A stretch of 64,000 nt of DNA from the human T2T-CHM13v2.0 reference genome, Homo sapiens, in the NCBI RefSeq assembly GCF_009914755.1, contig NC_060926.1. The stretch is one strand, 5' to 3'. Shown here one piece after another: positions 12,431 through 25,720 of this stretch. Within the stretch, counting starts at the first letter, position 1. Each line of letters begins with the position of its first letter. The translations under genes were made by a program, and so were the position numbers. Below the pieces are notes generated by a model. The model saw only the letters and a list, made by a program, of their open reading frames with translations, ran no database searches and was not told the DNA's origin.

Positions 12431-14035
12431 AAAAAATGGGTATCCAATTATTTCATAACCATTTGTTACGAAAACTGCTTTTCCCCTCATTGAATTTCCT
12501 TTGTACCCATGCTGCAAATCAATTAACCACCTATGTGTGGGTACATTTCTAGAGTATTGTGTTTCATTGATCTATGTATCTTTTCTTTAGTTAATACCAG
12601 TTTCTTCATAATTGTAGTTTAGAGTTAATCTTAAATTTAGATAGTGATTCTTCCATCTTTGTAATTGTTTTTCAAAATCATTTTGATTGTTTTTATTCAT
12701 TTGCTTTTCTACACAAATTTTAGATTCACCTTGGTTATTTCTAGGAAAACAGTTCTAGGATATTCACTGAAATTGTGATAAATCTATAGATCATCTAGAG
12801 AATGGATGTCTTAGTAATATTAATTTTCCAACCCATGAACATGGTGTATCTCTCCATGTATTGAGGTAATCTTTGATTTCTTTCATAAATATGTTGTAGG
12901 TTTCAGCATACAGATAGATCCAGCATTATTTTAGATTTAATACCTAAATATATTGTACATACTATTTCAAGCAGTACTAAATTTTATTTTTCAATTTCTA
13001 ATTTTATATTACTAATCATATAGAAAGACATTTAATTTTTGCCTATAAATCTGAGGTCCACAACTTTGCTAAACACAAATACTAGTTCTAATAGCTTACC
13101 TATAGAGTCTTTTAGATTTTTCTGTATAGGGAATCATGTTGATTGTTTGATTTCTTCTTGTCTAAGCTATCTGAATTTTATATTTTTACTTGCCTTATTA
13201 AACTATGAACTCAGTACGTTACTGAATAAGACGTCATGAAAGCGATGTTCCTGATTTTAGAGGAAAACATTTAGCCTTTAACTATTAAGTATATTAATTG
13301 TAGGATATTGTTCCTTTTCCTAGTTTCTTGAGAGCATTTCTAGTCCCCCTTGAAAAACCTGGCTTTATTTGGAAGTCTCAGTTTTCTGTTGATGAATAAT
13401 ATCTCAGCTCATGCTCACTAAAGCCTATGTTCAGTTTCCAGTTGCCAACAGAGTCATCAAAAAAATATTCCCACCATGTCTTTGAGACCTTTCATTTCCA
13501 ACTCTGAAAATTAGCACCACCCCTAACATTCACACATACGTGCTTTTCTTGTTGATGTTGTTGGGCTCTGCTACATATGTTTGAAAGTGATATATTTTTT
13601 CCAGGTGTCATAAGTATAGTACACTAGTTTACTCTTCCATATTGCTGAAATCATAAGTTATTATCCCCATTTTAGAGATTAGGAACCAACAGTAACTTCT
13701 TTTGGGAAGAGAGGAAACTGGGTTCCCAATAAGTTAAGAAATGTATCAAATTTAAATCTACCTCATCTTAAAGTCAGTCTTTTTCTGGTAGTCTGTGAAA
13801 CAGTATCTGAACGTATACAGGTGAACAGCAGGTCAGCTGGAACAGTATGACTTAGGCAACATGCATAACTTAATCAGAGGTTTATAAAATATTTTAGATT
13901 TATAAAAGTGAAAATAAAGATTTTGTTAATGAAAAAGTTTGGCTAATTTGCTAACAATTTTTACCAGTTTAAATCACAACTCAATGACATTTCAAATGTA
14001 TACAGAAGGTAAAAATAATGGAACAGATAGTATTA

Positions 14036-14082
14036 CATTACTTTTAATGGCAAAAACCGCAATTACTTTTGAACCACCCTAA
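14036..14082. mobile_element. MADE1 (Hsmar1 mariner MITE), one arm only
   Basis: CATTACTTTTAATGGCAAAAACCGCAATTACTTTTGAACCACCCTAA matches the MADE1 centre plus one TIR. Confidence 0.85.
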
Positions 14083-16132
14083 AAGAATGTTATGAATCAA
14101 TAGACTTCTAATTAAATAATGGAAATTTCAAATATACAGACTAACATATAAAGAGATCTTTCTAATTACCATCTTTTCTGACATTAAATATCTTATCATA
14201 TACTATATGTTTCCAATTATTTTAGCTTTATGTAGTACTCTGAATAAATTTGTTTATAAGAGCCAGACTTTAAATTAAATAAAAAAAGGAACAAATGAAC
14301 TAACTTTCCGTTTTGCTTTGTTTCCATGAAAGCCATTTTTACCTGTTCAGATAACATAAATATTTACTTCTAAATACAAATCACTTACATTTTTTAAATC
14401 CATGTTATTTGTTGCCTTTTAATCATATTCAGTGACATTCTGCTTTGCATTGTGACATTTAAAGCAATATAAATTTCCAACTGCCCATCTGAGGACTATA
14501 CTTTCAAACATTTTAACACCTTAATGACTTCCTACTGAAGCATAAAAATATTTATACATTCATATTTCAAAGCATTTAGACTATGGGAAGCTCATAATAA
14601 GATACAAAAAAAAAACAAATTATTATTACTAGAACATAATTTGCATGTGTGTCTACATATGCATAAAGAAGGAAAGGAAAAAATGCTTTGCCAAAGTGAC
14701 TTTTTACAGATAATCATAAAATGGAAGGAAGGAAAATAATTGACTTCTTCCCAGTGTGATATTTACACAAACCTCTTGACAGCATGAAGCAACAACTATC
14801 AAGCCTCAATTTGTGCTAAGTGTTTTCATATGGGAATGGATGAAATAACTCCGGATTTAACAGATTTTCAGATCTGCTGCTTTTTTATGTCCCCAATATT
14901 TTCCAATTGCTCTAGTAGTCATCAATTTATCTTTTATCACCTGAGTTATTAAAGATGGGCACTACAGTTAATCCTGTTTACCTCATAGCCTATTCAAATT
15001 GTCATAATATACATCAAAAATGTCCTCATGGATTGTCATAAATAGAGCTAAATGAAGATTCAGAGAATTTACTCTGAAATATAAATGCTAAAGCAAGGCA
15101 GTCTTAAATGGTTTAGGTTGGTGCCTAAGTAGGTTTATTTGAGAGGCACTCAGGAAAGATCTCTGCTGGGAAAGTAATTTGTCCCCTTTTTGACACAATG
15201 CCTGAAATTGCACATTCAGGATTCATTCCTTCGTCTTATGCAAATAACTCTAGAATGCAAATAACCCTGGAAATTAGGTCAATAGTTCCCAGTCTTGCCA
15301 CATGTTCATTTGTTGTTTACAGATCAATTGATTTTGTTACCAATGTCCAATTTCTATCACTTATTAAACATTTTCAACGAGAGCTGTGGCCCTTTGTTAT
15401 TTGACCCTCATAGCTCTATTAGGTCATTGATCTCATCCCCAAAATGACAGAAATGCTTATCCATGTGATAACTGGTGCTATCAGACCAGAAGTAAGATTT
15501 ACATGGGCTCTGTGAAATACTGAAAAAAAGCCTGTTGCTTGCTCATCCCCAACCATGTTAATTATATATAGGGCAATTATTTTTTCACATTCATTTCCTT
15601 ATTCTAATTACAAAAATATAAATGCTAATGGCATGCGTGAGAGCACATAGTGAAAATCATGGTGTTTAATTCATAAAAATATGAAAATAAAACCCAGTTT
15701 AGTTTCTGAGTTGTTGTGTGATCTCCAGATTACTGTTCACTTCATGGTGTGATGTGTGTGTTTGGAGGAGGTGGACCTCAGTTGCTACCAGAAGTTGTCA
15801 CATCGTAAAACTTCCTCGAGAAGGCCTCATCATTTGTATTCTGGAGCAACTAGTAAAAAATAGGAATTTTCTATAAAGTTTGAAATAAATTTCCTTTAAA
15901 ATCATCTGGGACTAGTAACATTTTAGATGTAACTTTGTGATTATTTTATTCAGTGCATTCTGTAATTTGTAATCAGATCACCAAGTCTTCTAGTTATTTT
16001 TCCTTTGCTTAGAAATTAGGAGGTAGAATGTTATTCAGATTTGTGTACATTACGCTTTCACAAATTTTAATATCTTCTATAACTAAGAAGTTTAAATTAT
16101 TATATTACCTCCATTATTATATACCTGGCCTT

Positions 16133-16152
16133 TGTGTGTGTGTGTGTGTGTG
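16133..16152. repeat. (TG)n microsatellite
   Basis: About 10 TG units visible. Confidence 0.9.
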
Positions 16153-17005
16153 TACCCTTCTTTAATTCTGGGTCTTATCAGCAAATACACTCTTTTATTT
16201 TCCCTTTGAAATTGAATTGCTAAGTCATTTCTTTCCTTCCACATTAGCAGCTGGATTAGCTGAAAGGATGGAACATGACAAGGTGTTAGGAAACAAGACC
16301 AGAGGGAAAAACGCTAATAGTTAAAGGTTAAGCCATGGATACTTTCCAGTTTAATTTTCCATTGTGCTGGCATCAAACAGAAAATTCTGAACACTAGCTG
16401 ATTCACCTAACTGGGCCAAAATTTGTCCGTGATGAATAATAACATATTTAAATGGCAGATACTGTAAAGAAAAAACTTGCATATGTGATAAGGACAAATA
16501 TTTTCGAGAAAGCGAAATATTCCAAGGACAGTTCATTCAAAAATTATTTTAAAAAATATACAGCCTTTAAGTCAGTGATCATTTTGTGAAGGGTAAAAGG
16601 AGCAATTCCACTGCTGCATTTGCTTTTACCTCTATTACCTTTTCTTCTAAGCAGTGTGATTGTTAAAATAAAGGTAATAGCAGAAAATTTGGCCTTTATT
16701 CTAGCTTTACAAGTTCATCTTCTCAGGGAAAAAACAAGATGCTCTTGAAGAATTTATGTTAACAGAATTGAGGAAACCATAAAAGAATAGAGACATAAAT
16801 GCTAAACAATCATTTTAGTGAATTATTATATCCTTTTCCTACTCCAAAAAATCATTATTCAAAAATTTACAGAATAAATTTAAAACTGTTGTTTTCTATG
16901 TAAGTTGCACCATGTGCTTGGAACTCTTCCTGTGTCATTCATCTTACACTTAACAACATTTTTATGATCCGGATATACTATCAGCATTTAAAAATACAAA
17001 TTTTG

Positions 17006-18533
<1,528 letters not shown>

Positions 18534-18944
18534 AAATACAAATTTCTCATTCATTGAAAAAACATTGATGACCCTCAGGAAGGTATGTCACCAGACTAAC
18601 ACCACTCTGCAAACCAGAAGTTTGAGGTAAAATTTAAAATCATTTTTATTTTAAGTACACATCTTTCACATCACTTCTATCCTGCAAATACAGAAAAATA
18701 CACACATTTCACATATTCTTGTGACAGTCAAATTGATTTTCTTTCTCAATTTTTACATTAACATTATCATCATTTTTGTCTTTTGTATATTAATTATAGA
18801 ACATTTAGAAAATGACATAAAATAAAAAGTGAAAAAAAAATTAAATACAAACTTAACTAAAGCAACACCATTTATATTCTTCCAGTTCTTGTTCTATGAA
18901 ATCATGGAGGGAGATTTAATCTTAGGCAAGACTCTTGTATTTGA

Positions 18945-19268
<324 letters not shown>

Positions 19269-19324
19269 AGAGAACTGATACACTTTCTAATTTTAGCTTG
19301 TAAATTACTGCCCCCAGACTTGAA

Positions 19325-19790
19325 TTACACAGTTTCTTGCAGCCAGCTGTTTACTTTTAGTTGGAAATGATATTTGGAGACTTCAATCTGGGTATTAAGG
19401 GTGCTCATTACAAATGGGCATACCATTGATTCTAGGGCAAGGTTGATAAATAATTTTTTGAAGATAAAATACATCCTGAGCTCATATTGATGGTTCCCAT
19501 TAACATGGACTCCAAGTAACACTTTCAAAACAACAAAATCAACAAAATAGGGCGGTGTTTTGTTCTGTTTTCCCAGTTCTTTTTGTCCTTGGAATATCCT
19601 ACAAGAACATATAATCGAAATGCTTGTTTTTAAAGTTACTGGGAGTATTGTTTATCTCTGTTTTCATTCCACCAACTAGATACATAATTAGGTTTATTTT
19701 TCTTTCTTTTTACTTTGACTTTTGATATTTAGACATTTTTCTCAATATAATTGTGTTTCATAATTACATAAAAGGTTTAACTTGCTTTTG
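19325..19790 (-). mobile_element. L1MC-like 3' region fragment
   Basis: GGAAATGATATTTGGAGACTTCAATCTGGGTATTAAGGGTGCTCATT resembles the L1MC4/5 3' UTR antisense. Confidence 0.5.
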
Positions 19791-19977
19791 TCATTTAAAA
19801 ATATCTTAAAGGTCATTCCATCAAAATATACAGCTAGATACTGACACAGTATGTCATTTATTTTCTATATCAGACTTTATTCAATCAGCCTTTCATTGAT
19901 AGACTTGCTTCCAATCTTTTACTACTACAAAGAGTAAATCTGTATTTCTTAAAATCATTTTTCTGAAGCAGTGGGGG

Positions 19978-20218
19978 GCACAGACTCACTCTGCCACCCA
20001 GACTGGAGTGCAGTGGCGCAATCTTGGCTCACCGCAACCTTTGGCTCCCAGGTTCAAGCGAGTCTCCTGCTTCAGCCTCTGAGTAGCTTGGATTACAGGC
20101 GCATGCCACCATGTCCAGCTAATTTTTGCATTTTTAGTAGAGACAGGGTTTCACTATATTAACCAGGCTGGTCTCGAACTCCTGACCTCAGTGGATCCAC
20201 CCGCCTTGGAGTCCCTAA
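19978..20218 (-). mobile_element. Truncated Alu (no poly(A), 5' end missing)
   Basis: CTCACTCTGCCACCCAGACTGGAGTGCAGTGGCGCAATC...CTCCTGACCTCAGTGGATCCACCCGCCTTGG. Confidence 0.85.
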
Positions 20219-21119
20219 GAGTTTTAAAAACATTTTTAAGCAGTGCATATAGTTGGGATGGATTCCTGGAAGTGAATTCATTAGTCAAAGTATAACTGCA
20301 TATGTAATTTTCCTAGGTAATGCCAAACTCTCCTCCTAGATACAGCCTTGCTGGTGGAATATGTTGTTAAATTTTTCAATTTTTGTCCATGTAATAGGTA
20401 AACAATGTTATTGCCCTATAATTTTATTTTGCATTTCTCTTTTTACGTGTGAGGGGATCATCTTATTATGTAGTTAGTAGCTATTTGCATTTTGTCTTCT
20501 ATAATCTTGCTGTCCCTATTTCTAATTTTTCTAGGTTATTGTATTTTTTTATTTGAAGCTCTTCATATATTAGAAATAGCAAATTTTAATTTAACACAAC
20601 TGAAATGTTTTCCAAGTATATAATTTCCAATTTTACATATGTAATACAGATAAATTAAAGAAAATCCGAAAAAAATATTTAGCATGGCAATGTGTAATAT
20701 GTGTTCTAAATATTCAAAAAATTTTGATTTTGCAAAAAATCTGTCTCAGAAGATGAGACAGCTATAATAAACTTTTTCTCATTTTTGTTGTACAATTTAT
20801 CTATGTCATTCCCTTTCTTTCTCAACTTAGAATATGCTTATGAAAGTTTCCCCACCCTCACTCCATAGAGGAATTAACCCATTTTTTTCTTATAATACAT
20901 GTATGGTATCATTTGTTATATTTAAATATCTAATCCACTTGGAATTGGTGGTGATATCCTACATATAGAATAAATTCATTTTTATCTTTTTTTATATGCC
21001 CATCTAGAGAAGAGACTATCTTTCCCTCACTGATATGATGTCATCTTTATCACTTAGTAAATTTGCACATGTAATTGGCTATCTTCCTTAAGCTACTTAA
21101 TATTTTTAAAGAAAAAATT

Positions 21120-21660
21120 CGTAACTTTACAGTAGAAAGACGTGGTAACATCATGTTAACCATGTGATCAAAGTAAATATCACCAACAATGACAAAGTCA
21201 ACATCATGTGCCTCCTGATGAGCTGAACCGAGGGGTCACAGCACCATTTCTTTGACATTCTTAACAAAATAGATAGCACTACTTTAATTACAAGGATGTA
21301 TCACACAAATTCAAAATGAGAAACATTCTCAATATAACTTGTTATTACTTTTTAAAAGTGTCAACCTCCTGAAAGAGGTTCTTTCCTGAAAGAAAGAACA
21401 AAGAACAACTCCACATTAACAACAACTAAAAAGACTTGACAACTAAACATAATATATAGTCCCAGATTATATTTTGCACCCCAAACAGAAAGGACTAGAG
21501 CGACAGAACTATTGAAATTTCATTGAGATCTACAGACTAAAATGTAGGACTGTACTAATGTTAACTTTTACATTTTGGTGATTAAAGTGTGTTTAGGTAA
21601 GATGTTAGCACTTGGGGAATTCGGGTGAAGACAATGTAAGAATTCTTTGTACTTTTATTT
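21120..21660 (+). mobile_element. L1MC/MD-like 3' UTR fragment
   Basis: TAACTTTACAGTAGAAAGAC...GTGATCAAAGTAAATATCACCA...GAATTCTTTGTACT motifs. Confidence 0.55.
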
Positions 21661-21794
21661 TTTAAATGTTACTGCTATTGATATTACTTGCTTTAGATAA
21701 ACTATAGCAATATATTTTAACCAAAAATATAGTTTAGAAATAATGCATAGGATATGCTAAAGAAAAATTCACACTACAAAAGATAAGCAAATAG

Positions 21795-22521
21795 AAATTG
21801 GTTTTATTCTGAAGGAACAGTATTGCTTCAACAGGCAAGAGAGAGCACTAACCAAGTCTGGATACTCAACTCCTCCCAGACAAAAGGTAAAAGGGATTTT
21901 TTAAAAAATTCAAACGAGAGCATCAGGAAGATTAGGTAATGGATGCTGGGCTTAATACCTGGGTGATGGGATGATCTGTGCAGTAAGCCACCATGGCACA
22001 CATTTACCTATGTAACAAACCTGCACATCCTGCACATGTTCCCCTGAACTTAACATAAAAGTTGAAAAAAGAAAAAGTATATAAGTTAAAAAAACAAACA
22101 AAAAACAATTGAGATAAGAAGTCTTAGGCCATCTGAGTTCTCTAATTGGTTTACACAAGAGAAAAGTAAACCTTCTGTTTTCATTATAGGACATCATTTT
22201 ACAACTTGGAGTAATTTCCCTCTGCTCCCTCAAAAGTTAGGCTCCTGTCCTTGGCAACTGGAAGACAGAGGCTCTATGTTTCTCGATGATTACATTTCAA
22301 AGGGATGGCTCCCAGGTCCTTGAGTAAGACATTCCTGGGTTGTAAACCTGGCAAGAGACTTCTAAAATGTTTACATCTCAAAGGGGCAGAGGGAACTGAC
22401 AATTACAAGTTTTCCAAAGTAAAATGCTTTAAGAAAGGGAGGCTATGGACCTCCATTCTGGAAGAAGAGGCCTGTCTAAAGTCTAGTCAAGCTGAAGGGA
22501 ACATTAAGGCATTCTTGGCCA
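21795..22521 (-). mobile_element. MER67-like ERV1 LTR interrupted by an L1PA 3' fragment
   Basis: GATGATTACATTTCAAAGGGATGGCTCCCAGGTCCTTGAG...CTAGTCAAGCTGAAGGGAACATTAAGGC; related to the copy at 35298-35836. Confidence 0.65.
21917..22108 (+). mobile_element. Old L1PA 3' terminal fragment with A-rich tail
   Basis: GGATGCTGGGCTTAATACCTGGGTGATGGGATGATCTGTGCAG...AACAAACCTGCACATCCTGCACATG. Confidence 0.85.
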
Positions 22522-22532
22522 AGAATTCTATA

Positions 22533-22534
<2 letters not shown>

Positions 22535-22566
<32 letters not shown>

Positions 22567-22581
22567 ATACACACACACACA
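22535..22581. repeat. (CA)n microsatellite, interrupted
   Basis: Directly visible. Confidence 0.95.
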
Positions 22582-22619
22582 ATCCTTGTATAAATTCACT
22601 CAAGATCCCCTACATGATT

Positions 22620-22775
22620 TTCCAGGCTCAGTGCAGAATGAATATGCAAGTTTCCGTGTTCAAAATTTATTCATAATTTCAAGGCAGCAACAGCAGAGCA
22701 TTAAACTAAGCCAAGGGCCCTTCTGAGTATGGATCCTTGTACAACTGCACAGGGCAGACACCCATGCAGCTGGAA
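22620..22775. mobile_element. MER45A-like hAT-Tip100 element
   Basis: CAGTGCAGAATGAATATGCA...TTCAAGGCAGCAACAGCAGAGCATTAAAC matches the recalled MER45A consensus. Confidence 0.65.
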
Positions 22776-22789
22776 GCCAGACTGGCTGA

Positions 22790-23005
22790 ATATTGAAGAT
22801 AGAATCCTGGCTTCTCCAATTACTGCCTGGGTGACTTCAGCATTTTACTTGATCCTTCCAAGCTCCAATTTCCTCTTGTGAATATTGGGGAAGGGAATTG
22901 AAGAAGCCACTAGTTGAATGAGGAATAAATAGTTGCTCCAGGCCATGTAACATTCACAGAACAGTGACTGGCATTTAGCAAGCATTAGATAATTGTTAGC
23001 TTTCA
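22790..23005 (+). mobile_element. MIR SINE
   Basis: GAATCCTGGCTTC...CTGGGTGACTT...AATTTCCTCTTGTGAA...AGAACAGTGACTGGCA core. Confidence 0.6.
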
Positions 23006-23133
23006 TTTTGAAAAAAACCAACTAGATTGTCCTTTACGCAAATGCATTTTATAAGTTTTTCATGGCTTTAAATATATTTAAGATTTATTCAGTACAGAGA
23101 AAAAAAATAATTGTATAGAATGAAATATATAGT

Positions 23134-23510
23134 TGTCAGGCCTCTGAGCCCAAGCCTGCACGTATACATCCAGATGGCCTGAAGCAAGTAAAGAATCACA
23201 AAAGAAATGAAAATGGCTGGTTCCTGCCTTAACTGATGATATTGCCTTGTGAAATTCCTTCTCCTGGCTCAGAAGCTCCCCCACTGAGCACCTTGTGACC
23301 CCCCGCCCCTGCCCGCAAGAGAACAACCCCCTTTGACTGTAATTTTCCACTACCACCCAAATCATATAAAACTGCCCCACCCCTATCTCCCTTCGCTGAC
23401 TCTCTTTTTGGACTCAGCCCGCCTGCACACAGGTGAAATAAACAGCCTTGTTGCTCACACAAAGCCTGTTTGGCCTGTTTGGTGGTCTCTTCACACGGAT
23501 GCGCATGACA
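23134..23510 (+). promoter_or_regulatory. HERV-H 5' LTR (LTR7 family, short LTR7C-like form)
   Basis: TGTCAGGCCTCTGAGCCCAAGCCTGCACG start; TATAAAA near 23365; AATAAA near 23437; ends CATGACA. Confidence 0.93.
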
Positions 23511-23512
23511 TT

Positions 23513-23530
23513 TGGTGCCAAAACCCAGGA
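23513..23530 (+). other. Primer-binding site, tRNA-Phe type
   Basis: TGGTGCCAAAACCCAGGA is 16/18 to TGGTGCCGAAACCCGGGA (tRNA-Phe complement) and 11/18 to the tRNA-His PBS. Confidence 0.85.
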
Positions 23531-23650
23531 CAGGAGGACTCCTTCGGGAGACTGGTCCCTTGTACTCGCCCTCACTCCGTGAGGAGATCCACCTGCGACC
23601 TCAGGTCCTCAGACCAACCAGCCCAAGGAACATCTCACCAATTTCAAATC

Positions 23651-23658
23651 GGGTAAGC
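23651..23658 (+). other. Probable HERV-H leader splice donor
   Basis: GG|GTAAGC about 140 nt downstream of the 5' LTR, the usual position of the HERV-H major donor. Confidence 0.65.
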
Positions 23659-24050
23659 AGTCTTTTCACTCTCTTCTCCAGCCTCTCTCACTACCCTTCA
23701 ATCTCCCTGTCCTTCCAAATCCAGTTCTTTTTCCTCTCTAGTACAGACAAAGGAGACACATTTTATCCGTGGACCCAAAACTCTGGCGCCGGTCATGGGC
23801 TCGGGAAGACAGTCTTCCGTTGGTGTTTAATCACTGCAGGGACACCTGCCTGATTATTCACCCACACTCCATTGGTGTCTGATCACCACGGGGATGCCTG
23901 TCTTAGTCATTCACCCACATTCCCTTGGTGGCAAGTCAATTGCGGGGAAGCCTGCTTTGGCTTCTCACCCACATTGCAGCCCAGTGCTGCTCACCAACCC
24001 CCTTCTCTGTGTCTCCACTCTCTCTTTTCTCTGGGCTTGCCTCCTTCACC

Positions 24051-25300
24051 ATGGGCAACCTTTCACCCTCCATTCCCCCTTCTTCTCCCTTAGCCTGTGT
24101 TCTCAAGAATTTAAAACCTCTTCAACTCTTGTGTGACCTAAAACCTAAGCATCTTATTTTCTTCTGCAACACCGCTTAGCCCCAGTACAAACTCAATAAT
24201 GGTTCTAAATAGCCAGAAAACGGCACTTTTGACTTCTCCATTTTACATCAACATGGATGATTTTTGTCAAAAAATGAGCAAATGGATCTCAGGTACCTGA
24301 TGTCCAGGCATTCTTTTACACACTCATCCCTCCCTAGTCTCTGCTCCCAATGCGACTCACCCCAAATCTTTCTTCTTTCTCTCCTGTCTGTTCCTTCAGT
24401 CTCTACCCCAAGCTCTGAGTCTTTTCAATCTTCTTTTTCTACTGACCCATTTGACCTCTCCCCTCCTCCCCAGACTGCTCCTCACCAGGCTAAGCCAGGT
24501 CCCAATTCTTCCTCAGCCTCCACACCCCCACCCTATAATCCTTTTATCACCTTCCCTCCTCACACCCTCTCCGGCTTACAGTTTCGTTCTGCGACTAGCC
24601 CTCCCCAACCTGCCCAACAATTTCCTCTTAAAGAGGTGGCTGGAACTGAAGGCATAGCCAAGATTAATGCTTCTTTTTCTTTATCAGACCTCTCCCAAAT
24701 CAGTTAGCGTTTAGGCTCTTTTTCATCAAATATAAACTCAACCCAGTTCATGGCCCATTTGGCAACAACCCTTAGACGCTTTACCGCCCTAGACCCAGAG
24801 AGGCCAGAAGGCCATCTCATTCTTAATATGAATTTTATTACCCAACCCATACCTGACATTAGAAAAAGCTCCAAAAATTAGATTCCAGCCCTCAAACCCC
24901 ACAACAGGACTTAACTGACCTTGCCTTCAAGGTGTGTAATAATAGAGTAGAGGCAGCCAAGTAGCAACGTATTTCTGAGTTGCAATTCCTTGCCTCCACT
25001 GTGAGACAAACTCCAGCCACATCTCCAGCACTCAAGAACTTCCAAATGCCTGAACCGCAGAGGCCAGGAATTCCTCCAGGACAGCCTCCACCAGGATCTT
25101 GCCTCAAGTGCCGGAAATCTGGCCACTGGGCCAAGGAATGCCCGCAGCCCAGGATTCCTCCTAAGCCATGTCCCATCTGTGAGGGACCCTACTGGAAACT
25201 GGACTGTCCAACTTGCCCCACAGCCACTCCCAGAGCCCCTGGAACTCTGGCCTAAGGTTCTCTGACTGACTCCTTCACAGATCTTCCCAGCTTAGCGGCT
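24051..25300 (+). pseudogene. gag: HERV-H gag, disrupted
   Basis: Starts MGNLSPSIPPSSPLACVLKNL; PPPY late motif; two zinc knuckles [14 protein letters not shown] and [13 protein letters not shown] (second His changed to Tyr); many stops and frameshifts. Confidence 0.9.
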
Positions 25301-25329
25301 GAAGACCAACACTGCCCAATCACCTTGGA

Positions 25330-25720
25330 AACCTCCTGGATCATCACAGACACTTTGGGTAACTCTTACAGTGGAAGGTAAGTCCATCACCTTCTTAATC
25401 AATACAGAAGCTACCCACTACACATTACCTTCTTTTCAAGGGCCTGTTTCCCTTGCCTCCATAACTGTTGTGGGTATTGATGGCCAGGCTTCTAACCTCT
25501 TAAAACTCCCCAACTCTGATGCCAACTTGGACAACATTCTTCTATGCACTCCTTTTTAGTTATCCTCACCTGCCCAGCTCCCTTATTAGGTCAAGACATT
25601 TTAACTAAATTATCTGCTTCTCTGACTATTCCTGGGCTATAGCCACACCTAATTGCTGCCCTTTTCCCCAGTTCAAAGCCTCCTTCACATCCTCCCCTTC
25701 TATCTCCCCACCTTAATCCA
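25330..25720 (+). pseudogene. pro: HERV-H protease, inactive
   Basis: FLINTEATHYTL (catalytic DTG changed to NTE), VVGIDG flap and LLGQDIL motif; frameshifted. Confidence 0.85.

Larger units (their letters stand above)
9420..13330 (-). mobile_element. Ancient L1M (L1MB/MC/ME-type) fragments, interrupted by an Alu and a small L1P piece
   Basis: T-rich strand with L1 ORF2 antisense motifs (TTTGCATTTCCCTAATAACTAATGAT, TTAGGTCTATGATCCATTTTGA). Boundaries approximate. Confidence 0.6.

Noticed and set aside
15113-15131. TTAGGTTGGTGCCTAAGTA resembling a MADE1/Hsmar1 left end, 1 kb from the half MADE1
   Set aside because: Similarity ends after 19 nt and its orientation relative to 14036-14082 does not enclose an element; may be chance.
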